A stretch of DNA of 64,000 nucleotides from a virus (lineage: Duplodnaviria; Caudoviricetes), in the IMG/VR virus record IMGVR_UViG_3300014204_000175, positions 6,784-70,783 of that record; one strand, given 5' to 3'. Positions 17,982 to 26,506 of this stretch are shown piece after piece. Each line of letters opens with the position of its first letter. Within the stretch, counting starts at the first letter, position 1. The position numbers were made by a program, and so were the translations under genes. Below the pieces are notes generated by a model that was not told the DNA's origin, did not search any database, and worked only from the letters and a program-made list of their open reading frames with translations.

Positions 17982-18302
17982 TCAATCGTAGTTAATTTTT
18001 TTGACTTCATCTCGATTAGGTGCGTCCGGCCTAAATACCAATTCCCAGCCATGTTCCCCATGTTTTACTCTTCCTTCTGGAAGCTCCAAGACCTCTCCGG
18101 TCTCACATATTAATCTCAAAGGACTATTGGGGCCAACAGTAAAAACATACCAGTGATTAACCATCACTTCTGTATGCCAACTGCCATTTGATTTAATATT
18201 CCCCGATTCGGGCCAATCTTCAGGGTGAGGACTATCAGAGGAATTGACAACACCAATTACTGCGCTACATTTCCAAAGGTCACCTGGTTGTGGAGTTGTC
18301 AT
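17982..18302 (-). CDS. Hypothetical protein
   Basis: Start moved to MTTPQPG (ATGA overlap with the upstream stop). Confidence 0.55.
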   Translation of the reverse strand: MTTPQPGDLWKCSAVIGVVNSSDSPHPEDWPESGNIKSNGSWHTEVMVNHWYVFTVGPNSPLRLICETGEVLELPEGRVKHGEHGWELVFRPDAPNRDEVKKINYD

Positions 18303-18535
18303 ATCTTCACCGCTATTGGATTTCCCGTTGGTACAAAGCCGCCCTCCCATTCAGGGGCTACCTCTGTAATAGATGCCTGGCAGGCTATTGCAGATTGGGG
18401 AGTAAAATAAATCTTATCTCCAAAATGGATAACAAACCCTTCTCCTGGAGGGAGGATTACCGCTCTGAACTCATAAATCTTCCCTATAGTCATATACGGC
18501 TCTATGGTTTTATATATATCATCAACTAGGGACAT
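18299..18535 (-). CDS. Hypothetical protein
   Basis: 78 aa with AGGAGG RBS. Confidence 0.6.
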   Translation of the reverse strand: MSLVDDIYKTIEPYMTIGKIYEFRAVILPPGEGFVIHFGDKIYFTPQSAIACQASITEVAPEWEGGFVPTGNPIAVKI

Positions 18536-18959
18536 CCTGGCCTCCTTTAAATACTAAAACTTCAGGTTCAACGAGCTTGTATTCTCCTGCACCTATGCGA
18601 GGAGATGACTTTGATTTCTTCAGATCAATAGGGGGAGCAGAGAGCTTCTCCTTAGTATCCGACATAATCGTGACATTTGATATTTCGGCCCATGCGTCTG
18701 ATTCTTTAGAAACAAATCGCAGAATCTCTATGGTGTTTCCGAAAGGTGCAGACATTATAATTCTTTCTTGAGTAGACTCTTCTGAAGGATAAAATCCCAC
18801 TTTGAATTGCTGTGTAATTGGCCAGTGTGATTTCATGCTTAACCAACTCCATTGACCGTTACCTATGCAATATATAGAATCTGTGCGCTTGCCAATTGTA
18901 AAGTCCATCCTGAGAAACATATTCTGGTTTGATTTGGCCCACGCCCCTACGTGTATCAT
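18522..18959 (-). CDS. Hypothetical protein
   Basis: 145 aa, coupled ORF. Confidence 0.6.
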   Translation of the reverse strand: MIHVGAWAKSNQNMFLRMDFTIGKRTDSIYCIGNGQWSWLSMKSHWPITQQFKVGFYPSEESTQERIIMSAPFGNTIEILRFVSKESDAWAEISNVTIMSDTKEKLSAPPIDLKKSKSSPRIGAGEYKLVEPEVLVFKGGQDVPS

Positions 18960-19192
18960 CTCTTATCTCCTGTGCTGTGCCAGTCAATAGTTTCTTCTTT
19001 TGACTTTTCTTCGATTTCTTCTGGAGTCAATATCCGATTGTGTATTTCAAAGTTCCCTTTTCCATCCACCAAAACAGTTTGTGTGTCTAATGGTAGGTTT
19101 TGTGGGTATATTGCTGCCAATTTATGATTGCTCGGAACCACAAATACCAGTTTATTACCAACCGTTAATTGTGATGAAGAATCCTTACACAT
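18956..19192 (-). CDS. Hypothetical protein
   Basis: 78 aa, coupled ORF. Confidence 0.55.
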   Translation of the reverse strand: MCKDSSSQLTVGNKLVFVVPSNHKLAAIYPQNLPLDTQTVLVDGKGNFEIHNRILTPEEIEEKSKEETIDWHSTGDKR

Positions 19193-19195
19193 TTG

Positions 19196-19474
19196 TCATC
19201 CTTTCCATTTAGTTTTAAAAAGATCCTGGCCCAACCATCTCCACTGCCAATATGTTGGTGTGCCAGTAGATGTTATTAGCCATTTAACAGGTAGGTACTT
19301 GTACCGCAACTTCTTTAATTTACCCCATAATCCTTTATTACGATCAATAATAATCGGCTTTCCGTTTTTGTCTGACCAATTATCTGGACCTGAGTAAAAA
19401 TCAAAGTTCTCTACAATATTAATAAAAGATTGACTGGAAGAAGCTTTGATTTGATTGGGGCTAATATCTTTCAT
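19196..19474 (-). CDS. Hypothetical protein
   Basis: 92 aa with RBS. Confidence 0.55.
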   Translation of the reverse strand: MKDISPNQIKASSSQSFINIVENFDFYSGPDNWSDKNGKPIIIDRNKGLWGKLKKLRYKYLPVKWLITSTGTPTYWQWRWLGQDLFKTKWKG

Positions 19475-19737
19475 TTTCGTCCCTCCTTAATCGGTGCACA
19501 TTTTACATTGTCCACTAATACTGTTTGAGAATCGCAATACGGAACAGGAATCTGGATTCGACGGTTTTTAGCAAGGGATCTTAATATAAGGGTGTATGAC
19601 ATTCTGTAGCATTTGTTGCCCTTTTTGACCATGGCGGAAACCGTATACTTGCCGTTCTTGTTCAGTTTCCATTTCTTCCAGATCCGTTTCTTTTTGCTGC
19701 GGGGAACCTTGAGATTGTAATATAAAGTTGGTGTCAT
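19471..19737 (-). CDS. Hypothetical basic protein
   Basis: 88 aa; contains the PRSKKKRIWKKW motif common in small phage proteins. Confidence 0.55.
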   Translation of the reverse strand: MTPTLYYNLKVPRSKKKRIWKKWKLNKNGKYTVSAMVKKGNKCYRMSYTLILRSLAKNRRIQIPVPYCDSQTVLVDNVKCAPIKEGRK

Positions 19738-20156
19738 TATTCAATCCCCTCTTGATGGCACAAGGCTCGAAGGATTGCCTCTGTGGAGGTTGTTCCCTTG
19801 TATGACTTCTCGTTCCAAGTTAACCCTTTATCGAGCATGATATTTACTGCCCATCCATCCTTACCGTTATTGTCGATGCTAATTAGATCGTCACACATTC
19901 CAACCAAGCTCCTATTGCTGGCCTCCGGGGAGGAGTCGCGGCTTACGGTTTCAGGGACAAGAATCATATCTCTAATGGCTGTTTTACAATCCATGTTCAC
20001 ACTATGCAATAGCCCACTGAACAAGGTGTGACATTTCTGGCAATGAGGACAATAAAAGATGTCGTTATTTTGCAATGGTCCGCACTTCTCTCGGTAAAGC
20101 CCCTGCAACTTGATGTGCATGGGGAGCAGAACTTCGGTGAAATAGTTAGCGTTCAT
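19737..20156 (-). CDS. Hypothetical protein with CxxCxxC
   Basis: 139 aa, coupled ORF. Confidence 0.6.
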   Translation of the reverse strand: MNANYFTEVLLPMHIKLQGLYREKCGPLQNNDIFYCPHCQKCHTLFSGLLHSVNMDCKTAIRDMILVPETVSRDSSPEASNRSLVGMCDDLISIDNNGKDGWAVNIMLDKGLTWNEKSYKGTTSTEAILRALCHQEGIE

Positions 20157-20572
20157 GGTCGGCTTCCTTTATTCCACGGCTTAAATTTTAACAGTTCTTT
20201 TGGGTCCGGAAATGTGCCAGTAAAAGTCATGCCCCGATCATCAATGCTTAGAAAAGCGGGAGGTTTTACGATAGGCCATTTGATCTTTAGCAACCATACA
20301 GGACAACAAATGGTTTCATCGAGAGAATATTCCTTTCCCGTTACTTGCTTCCATAACCAGTTCTGCATGGCCTCCATCCCTCCTCTTTGGTGGGACCGGG
20401 ACGAGAATATGTGTATCTCAAAATGTTTGGAGGCTTCTTTTAGAAACTCGATTGCGCCCGGCACAGGCGGATCAGGAATAATGTCAGCACCCTGCCACCC
20501 TGAGTTATAACTGTGCAGCACACCGTCGAAGTCTATACAAAGCACGGGTGTTCCTGTCGGTAGATCACTCAT
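20153..20572 (-). CDS. HAD-superfamily phosphatase / nucleotidase-like protein
   Basis: HAD motif I CIDFDGVLHSY, PPVPGAIEFL and IDDR motif IV. Confidence 0.75.
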   Translation of the reverse strand: MSDLPTGTPVLCIDFDGVLHSYNSGWQGADIIPDPPVPGAIEFLKEASKHFEIHIFSSRSHQRGGMEAMQNWLWKQVTGKEYSLDETICCPVWLLKIKWPIVKPPAFLSIDDRGMTFTGTFPDPKELLKFKPWNKGSRP

Positions 20573-20960
20573 CCCTCTCCCCTTTCTCCTTCAGCCAAAT
20601 GCGAAGGTGTATCAGTGCATCGATTGGGTTTATGTTATTAACAGGCTCTATAATAATTTTCCCATCTTGCCCCGTGTAGGTACAACCTGTTATGTCGGAC
20701 TTTCCTATCTTCCATAGTGTTAATCTATACCTTTTCTTGTTGATGTAGATGTCCCCCGGCAACTCCCTCCACATCTCAGCGAGGGACGGGCGTGAAATTA
20801 CTTTTTGGCAGCCAAGCAACGGACAGTAATCATGCCAAGTAGCTTTCTTTGACTCTCCGCGCTCTTTCCAAAGATACCACTCTTTCTCTGTCTCCATCAC
20901 AATCCCCGCCGCTTGAAGTGCTTGGCAGGCTTCGAGAGTACCGTAATTTTCAGGATTCAT
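20565..20960 (-). CDS. Hypothetical protein
   Basis: Start moved to MNPENYG (GGAGG RBS). Confidence 0.6.
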   Translation of the reverse strand: MNPENYGTLEACQALQAAGIVMETEKEWYLWKERGESKKATWHDYCPLLGCQKVISRPSLAEMWRELPGDIYINKKRYRLTLWKIGKSDITGCTYTGQDGKIIIEPVNNINPIDALIHLRIWLKEKGERDE

Positions 20961-21231
20961 AGTAACCTCCCCAATGTTCAGGCTCACATTCATGCTTTAC
21001 AAAAACAGCCTTAATAAATACCGGGGTTGTCGGAGGTCTTTCTTCAAACCTCGACCATTTATCCACAATGGCCCTATTGCTATTGCATTGAGGAGACCTT
21101 CCTTTCCCGTAAAACATTAAGCAGTTGTCTTCCGTGACTGCCCACCATCGGTCGGTAAGCAATTCGTAAAGCCCGCATTTGTCTGGAATTTTGATGGCTT
21201 CATCTATGGGTATTTTTGTAAACTCTCTCAC
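20950..21231 (-). CDS. Hypothetical protein
   Basis: GTG start overlaps the upstream TGA; GGAGGG RBS. Confidence 0.55.
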   Translation of the reverse strand: MREFTKIPIDEAIKIPDKCGLYELLTDRWWAVTEDNCLMFYGKGRSPQCNSNRAIVDKWSRFEERPPTTPVFIKAVFVKHECEPEHWGGYYES

Positions 21232-21689
21232 AAACCCTCCTTCTGCCCACCAAAGGGCTTCCACCAATTAGAAAAATATGCTACCCTTCTTTCCAGTTTC
21301 CGTACTTGCTCCTTGAGGGCTATGTTCTTATCCTCTATCTCAGTAAATCCTACTATTGATGGATGGACCGGACAGGTATCACATCGGACGCTTTCCAGTT
21401 CTTGCACCCTCTTCTTGAGTTCTGTTATCTCTAATTTGTAGTTTTCTCTTTCCTGCCTAATAACCCCCTTATATACTTCCAATCCAGATACTACCTGCTT
21501 CCCTTCTGATTTAAGGACGGCAATCTCTTTCTGGTTTTTATCAATTATTGCCTGTAAAATAGTACTACGATAAGAGAGATCATCTCTGAGAGCGGCAATC
21601 TCGGCATCTGCTTCTTCTTCGGCCAGACAGTATTTACCATCTTCCCTTTCTCGTATATCCCCATAGCTATCTTGTTGGTAGCGTTTCAT
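21228..21689 (-). CDS. Hypothetical coiled-coil protein
   Basis: 153 aa; starts MKRYQQDSYGDIREREDGKYC. Confidence 0.6.
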   Translation of the reverse strand: MKRYQQDSYGDIREREDGKYCLAEEEADAEIAALRDDLSYRSTILQAIIDKNQKEIAVLKSEGKQVVSGLEVYKGVIRQERENYKLEITELKKRVQELESVRCDTCPVHPSIVGFTEIEDKNIALKEQVRKLERRVAYFSNWWKPFGGQKEGL

Positions 21690-21866
21690 TTATTTCTCCT
21701 CGCTCAGTTCAACGTATTCATCCTCGTCTTTGCATATCCTTTTCAGGTAATCATGACCACCGTCAATAGCTACAACACCACACATACAAGTAACGAAGTC
21801 ATGTCGATGCCTAGATTCGATCTCATCTCCACAATGGACACATCGGATAGCGTTTCTGATAATCAT
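21690..21866 (-). CDS. Small zinc-ribbon protein (DUF7695-like)
   Basis: Not in the ORF track. MIIRNAIRCVHCGDEIESRHRHDFVTCMCGVVAIDGGHDYLKR (58 aa), AAGGAG RBS. Confidence 0.75.
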   Translation of the reverse strand: MIIRNAIRCVHCGDEIESRHRHDFVTCMCGVVAIDGGHDYLKRICKDEDEYVELSEEK

Positions 21867-21867
21867 T

Positions 21868-22413
21868 CTATTTCTCCTTGCTCACTAAATACTCTCCCGC
21901 AAGGCTACTCAAATTATTAAATAGAAACAGTGAAAACCACGCTTCTTCATTAAGTCGCCCCTTTTCATTCTGTTGCCTCCATGCCTTTTGGGAAAATTTG
22001 TGAAAGTCTATCCAATCCCCCTTCTCCACCAGCTTCCTTCTTAGTGCGTCCATGTCGTCAGGAGTAGTGAAGGTGCGGTCCTCAACCGTAGCACAAGTTG
22101 TCCTTACGGAATATCCACTATTGCCACAAGAGCAAGTTGACCGTCCATAACCTGAATCTCGTATTATACGGACCTCATGCCACTCTCCCAAATACTGTGT
22201 CAGCCTCTTTTTTGTCCCGTTATCCATCGTATCCTCCCTATCAATTCCCTCCCACCTGAGATTAAGTTGATCCGCTATCCTATTAGAGAATCTCCTTTTG
22301 TTTTTATTTCTCAGGTGAGGGGGAATTTTAATAAGTCGCGGGCAGGTTTGGCGTAGCATAAATGCTGAAGTTTCCTGCTTTTTTCGTACCCTCATCCTTT
22401 TGGACCGCGACAT
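21868..22413 (-). CDS. Hypothetical protein
   Basis: 181 aa; the true start may be internal (MDNGTKK). Confidence 0.5.
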   Translation of the reverse strand: MSRSKRMRVRKKQETSAFMLRQTCPRLIKIPPHLRNKNKRRFSNRIADQLNLRWEGIDREDTMDNGTKKRLTQYLGEWHEVRIIRDSGYGRSTCSCGNSGYSVRTTCATVEDRTFTTPDDMDALRRKLVEKGDWIDFHKFSQKAWRQQNEKGRLNEEAWFSLFLFNNLSSLAGEYLVSKEK

Positions 22414-22541
22414 CTATTTTAATTTCCATTGCCCTTCATGCACTCACCGCTGCGGACTGATATGAATGTGAATCTTATATTTTCAACGCCGCCAATTATC
22501 TCTTTAGAATTAGTCATACCACACATTGAGGGGCAATGGGA

Positions 22542-22742
22542 TTATTTGTTTTCTATCTCCTTTTCCACATCTGATCGTAACTTGTCCAGTACGAGAGTTG
22601 CCTGTTGGAAAGAAACATTATCAGACATTTTCTCATAAAACATTATGCCACAAAAGGATCCAATGCAAATGGCACAAATCAAGAGCACAATGATTAGGAT
22701 CACAATAATGCCCTCATGGTTACTTCGATTTTTCCATTTCAT
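22542..22742 (-). CDS. Small membrane protein
   Basis: One long hydrophobic helix (IIVILIIVLLICAICIG). Confidence 0.55.
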   Translation of the reverse strand: MKWKNRSNHEGIIVILIIVLLICAICIGSFCGIMFYEKMSDNVSFQQATLVLDKLRSDVEKEIENK

Positions 22743-22917
22743 TTTTCTTCTCCCACTTAATATACTCGCGGACAATATTCTCGGCAGCTATAAATGCCAA
22801 TATCATCAGAAGCCATGATTCAAATGGTGTCGTATTTATTTTTAAGAAAATAGCCCCTCCCTGAAAGGATGCAAAATAAACGGTTGTCATTAAGATTTGT
22901 AAGAATAGCACTCTCAT
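22720..22917 (-). CDS. Small two-TM membrane protein
   Basis: 65 aa with two hydrophobic segments. Confidence 0.55.
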   Translation of the reverse strand: MRVLFLQILMTTVYFASFQGGAIFLKINTTPFESWLLMILAFIAAENIVREYIKWEKKNEMEKSK

Positions 22918-23372
22918 GTTCGCATCTCCTTCATAACCTTCTTGTAGTATCCAGGCGCCCTACCACTGTACCTTGCCAACGCTATTCTCAATGAGGGCGA
23001 TGTCCTTTGATAGTGCTTTAGAATTTTGCACCCGGCAATTATGTTTTTTGCGGGGCACCTCAAATCCTCTTTTGAGTAGCCTACTAACCACTCTGAAGTT
23101 TTTGGTAATATTTGCATTAGCCCTATCGCACCATGACTTGAAATCGAATTCTGATTCCAATTGCTCTCCACTTGGATGATTGCTTTGACCAGTTTGGGTT
23201 GCGGATGGTTCTGTTCCACAATCTTTAATAGCTGGGCCTTGGTTGCAGGAATAAAATTTCTCGTCGAGTTTTCTAAGCTTTTCGGAATCAGTGATAGAAT
23301 TACGAAAGTTAATACCAGGAGACAATACACCCCTCTCTGACTTCGTTTGTAGTAATAGATTCCTCTTTTCAT
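22914..23372 (-). CDS. Lytic transglycosylase (SLT) with an N-terminal TM segment
   Basis: AIIQVESNWN..S.S.HGAIGLMQI, NIIAGCKIL and ALARYSG motifs. Confidence 0.9.
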   Translation of the reverse strand: MKRGIYYYKRSQRGVYCLLVLTFVILSLIPKSLENSTRNFIPATKAQLLKIVEQNHPQPKLVKAIIQVESNWNQNSISSHGAIGLMQILPKTSEWLVGYSKEDLRCPAKNIIAGCKILKHYQRTSPSLRIALARYSGRAPGYYKKVMKEMRT

Positions 23373-23517
23373 ATTCCTCCTTTATATCTTCAAAAGAATG
23401 TAAGGGAGAAAGCCACTTCCGAAGTGGATAGAATTTACCTCCACAACAAGCAGGGCATTTACCCCCAACAAATAAAGTGTCACAATTTATGCAAACCAGA
23501 GCATTGGCTATTTTCAT
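22960..23517 (-). CDS. Zinc-ribbon protein whose frame extends across the SLT gene
   Basis: N-terminal CxxC...CxxC...FYPLRKWL with AGGAGG RBS; 413 nt overlap the SLT gene in another frame. Confidence 0.55.
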   Translation of the reverse strand: MKIANALVCINCDTLFVGGKCPACCGGKFYPLRKWLSPLHSFEDIKEEYEKRNLLLQTKSERGVLSPGINFRNSITDSEKLRKLDEKFYSCNQGPAIKDCGTEPSATQTGQSNHPSGEQLESEFDFKSWCDRANANITKNFRVVSRLLKRGFEVPRKKHNCRVQNSKALSKDIALIENSVGKVQW

Positions 23518-23842
23518 TTATCTCCTCCTTTAGAATGTCATACAAATATCCAGAAGCATTAAAAATGACACCACACAAAGCATCAACAAGACAATCCTTG
23601 ATAAGAAGCCCCCGATGGCATTTCCACCAATCTATAAAGTGTCACCAACCCGATTTCATGTACACCTCTTTTGGAATCCCCTTCTGCCAATTATCAGAAT
23701 CGCGTAATTTCCCATCAGATTGTAAACGGTGCTCATGCATATACTTTGCATAACATTCCAAGACCAAAGGACTCAGAAACCCTTCATAATCTAATTTACC
23801 TTCTTCGGGGTTTCGGGTTGCCCCCGTTTCAAATTCCCTCAT
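23480..23842 (-). pseudogene. dATP/dGTP diphosphohydrolase-like (MazG-like) gene with an internal TGA
   Basis: MREFETGATR...KLDYEGFLSP...DNWQKGIP...KSGW*HFIDWWKCHRG...DALCGVIFN. The frame continues with family-like sequence after the TGA at 23642-23644. Confidence 0.75.
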
Positions 23843-23979
23843 TTCTTCTCTTCCACATCTACAATTATGGTTATGAGTTTTTTGCTCCCAGCATCAAGGA
23901 CTCGTGTTTCCGTCTGAACGGTTTCGTCCATGACTAAGTAGATCTTACCTTCATGAATATCTACATATTTTTCTGCCAT
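23839..23979 (-). CDS. Small hypothetical protein (46 aa)
   Basis: Not in the ORF track; AGGAG RBS and ATGA overlap with the next gene. Confidence 0.55.
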   Translation of the reverse strand: MAEKYVDIHEGKIYLVMDETVQTETRVLDAGSKKLITIIVDVEEKK

Positions 23980-23993
23980 TGCCTATCTCCTAA

Positions 23994-24491
23994 TTATATC
24001 GATTCTTTTATCGTAAGTGCGAGAGCTACGAAAGCTGGATCTCCCTTCTGTAAGGCCTCTAATAGCTGAGCTTTCTCCTCCAAATATACTTTAGCAAATT
24101 TGGGGTCGTATCGAACGATACTTGAAGTATTATCAATTATATCTGCTAATTTTACTGTCTGTACTTTCGGACATGCTAAGGAGAGATGAATTCTATCAAG
24201 TTCTTTTCGTAGGAGACGATTTCCGTCGGAAGGCTTACTAACGTCTGTAAGTTGACGTACGTAATCGGCTACTACGGATCCAAAAACATCGCGAATTTCA
24301 TCTAAGGTTACTTCCGTATCTTCGACAACATCATGAAGCCATGCGGCACATATCATTTCGTTAGTATGGGAAACGCTCCTAACTAACTCGACTACTGCTG
24401 CAGGATGGTCAATATAGGGTTCGTTTGTATACTTACGTAATTGGTTCGCGTGAGCTTCTCTTGCGAATTTTTCTGCAACTTTGTCCATCAC
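23994..24491 (-). CDS. HD-domain RelA/SpoT-type hydrolase (small alarmone hydrolase / Mesh1-like)
   Basis: AHANQLRKYTNEPYIDHP, AAWLHDVVEDT, V..LTD and VKLADIIDN motifs. Confidence 0.85.
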   Translation of the reverse strand: MMDKVAEKFAREAHANQLRKYTNEPYIDHPAAVVELVRSVSHTNEMICAAWLHDVVEDTEVTLDEIRDVFGSVVADYVRQLTDVSKPSDGNRLLRKELDRIHLSLACPKVQTVKLADIIDNTSSIVRYDPKFAKVYLEEKAQLLEALQKGDPAFVALALTIKESI

Positions 24492-24923
24492 TTACCTCCA
24501 CACGCCATCAAGACAATCGTCAAAACCAGATTCCGACATATTTCTGTTGTTGATATGATTCTCGCAATATATTCTTGGCATTATTGTTGGCTCATACAAA
24601 AATTCATGTTGCCTCATCTCGCCGCAAGTAGGACATTTGCAATCAACCATAAAGACTTCCGACTTTTCCTTTGTCTTGTAAAGAGGTTTATTATTTTTTC
24701 TTATTTCTCGACATTCAATACAACAATGGACCTTCTTCCACCTCGTTAATATCTTCCTGCAATCCGGGTTTTCACAATACCTTGGTGGCCCATTGGCGAT
24801 ATCAGATGCCTTTTTAACGCCTTCCAATCTACACTTATTACTACAAAATCGTTTCTGCCCATATTTAAGAGGATCGCCACAATTTTCACAATGCCTTGCT
24901 TCTGCTTCAATTGTCATGTCCAA
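24492..24923 (-). CDS. Cys-rich zinc-finger hypothetical protein
   Basis: Multiple CxxC motifs, RFCSNKC. Confidence 0.6.
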   Translation of the reverse strand: MDMTIEAEARHCENCGDPLKYGQKRFCSNKCRLEGVKKASDIANGPPRYCENPDCRKILTRWKKVHCCIECREIRKNNKPLYKTKEKSEVFMVDCKCPTCGEMRQHEFLYEPTIMPRIYCENHINNRNMSESGFDDCLDGVWR

Positions 24924-24986
24924 GAGCCTTTAACTAAGTCAATGTATTTCTCTCTCACGATATCCTTCATTGCTATATTCAAAACT

Positions 24987-25016
24987 ATTATACTACTGAA
25001 TATCGAATCCCATCAA
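24987..25016 (-). promoter_or_regulatory. Putative promoter TTGATG-18-TATAAT
   Basis: Located immediately after the TerL stop, facing the accessory block. Confidence 0.6.
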
Positions 25017-25021
25017 AATTT

Positions 25022-26506
25022 TCACGTTCCCCTAACATTTACCATTCCTGATTCAACCTTCCTGACTGGGAATTTCCTGTGAATATAATACCCAATGGAG
25101 TCGGATAAATGCGTCAACTCTGGAGTTTTCTTCTTGTCGATTTCTCCGGAGCCGCCCTCAATTAGTTGAACACCCTCAAAATCTTTCGTAGCATGCGGAG
25201 CCTTGTTTGGGTCAACCATTAACCGGATTTTGCCAGACATAGTCATCAAACGTGAGTTCACTGAATTGACCCGGTCACGTTCCGACGGGTTGGCCAAGGG
25301 AACTTCATAATGAACCCTGGCTGCGCCGAAATGAGCATTTAATACCTGCTTAACCAAATCCCAGTCCGATCCAGAAATGGCAGATGACTTTTTTGCTCCG
25401 CCTGTTGCATCGCCATAGATATATATTTCACCCCGATGATCACCAAAATCCGTTATCAACCGATTGCAAACCATTGGTGTGTTACTATTGCGAGGAATGT
25501 AAACCTCCCCGACAACCCCGCTTATGGCTTCTCCAATCAAAGGCACTTTGGTCGCCAAATCAAAAACCTGCTTTTCCTGGATAGCCGCTGCCACTCCGGG
25601 CGCTACGTTAAAGTCAAAACAAAAAATCAATGGTTGATCTGGATCATATTCAATCCGGGCACAATGAGTTCTATCCAAAAACGGATAATATGCCCGCCCT
25701 TGAAAGTTGACAAATGATGCTTCGTACTCTTGCATATATGTCAATTCGTCCAGGTCCGCTTTGGCTGCCGCTATTTCTTTTTTGTCAAGAATGTCGGCAC
25801 TGATCCACCAATAATATCCCCACTCCCCGGTATCATTTGCCTGGGCCAATTTGGCGATATCATAATAGTGATTTCTACCTTCCGGCACACCTATCAAATC
25901 GCACCATCCATTTCTATCGGACAATGCTGGACGAACGTGCTCCCCCCATGTTTGTCGTTTCATATTGCCAAATTCGTCAAGGATTCCACCGTCCCATGGC
26001 GTTCCTTCTATCCGCTCTGGCTTGTCCATCCCCAAAACTTGAACGATAGACCCATTAATTCCACATACTATCAATTCCGACTCGTTGGGGGGTTTTGATT
26101 GAAACCAGCGTGGCGTCAAACGCTTTATGTCATCCCAATAAATTCGTTTGGCTTGATCTCTGGTTGGAGCCGCTGCGAAGAATCTTGCATCGTCAAATGC
26201 GGTGCCCTTTATTGCATTCAAAACCAACTTGCGCTTTGCCAGTTCTGTTTTTCCAGACCGCCTGCCTGCAGGGTTAACATTAAACCTGGCTGGTTGCGTT
26301 TCCAACCGATGCTGCTCGGCATGATAGCGCATCAGTGTCCACCTGGACGTCAAGTATTCAAACCCTTGCTTTGGCAATGGATTTTGGTGGGTGTTTTGTG
26401 CAGATAACTTTGGCTTAACATAACCAGGTATATTCGGATCTTTTGTTTTACGCCATCTCTCCAATGATGACCGACGCATCTTCTCTCTAGTGGCTTCTGA
26501 TATCAT
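25022..26506 (-). CDS. terL: Terminase large subunit
   Basis: Walker A PAGRRSGKT, Walker B GILDEF, GVPEGRNHYY, nuclease FDFN...YGDATG...HLSDSIGY. Confidence 0.95.
   Translation of the reverse strand: MISEATREKMRRSSLERWRKTKDPNIPGYVKPKLSAQNTHQNPLPKQGFEYLTSRWTLMRYHAEQHRLETQPARFNVNPAGRRSGKTELAKRKLVLNAIKGTAFDDARFFAAAPTRDQAKRIYWDDIKRLTPRWFQSKPPNESELIVCGINGSIVQVLGMDKPERIEGTPWDGGILDEFGNMKRQTWGEHVRPALSDRNGWCDLIGVPEGRNHYYDIAKLAQANDTGEWGYYWWISADILDKKEIAAAKADLDELTYMQEYEASFVNFQGRAYYPFLDRTHCARIEYDPDQPLIFCFDFNVAPGVAAAIQEKQVFDLATKVPLIGEAISGVVGEVYIPRNSNTPMVCNRLITDFGDHRGEIYIYGDATGGAKKSSAISGSDWDLVKQVLNAHFGAARVHYEVPLANPSERDRVNSVNSRLMTMSGKIRLMVDPNKAPHATKDFEGVQLIEGGSGEIDKKKTPELTHLSDSIGYYIHRKFPVRKVESGMVNVRGT

Noticed and set aside
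23642-23644. Genome-wide TGA recoding (alternative genetic code)
   Set aside because: Many genes end in TGA with ATGA coupling, and long genes are intact under code 11. Only one internal TGA was found.
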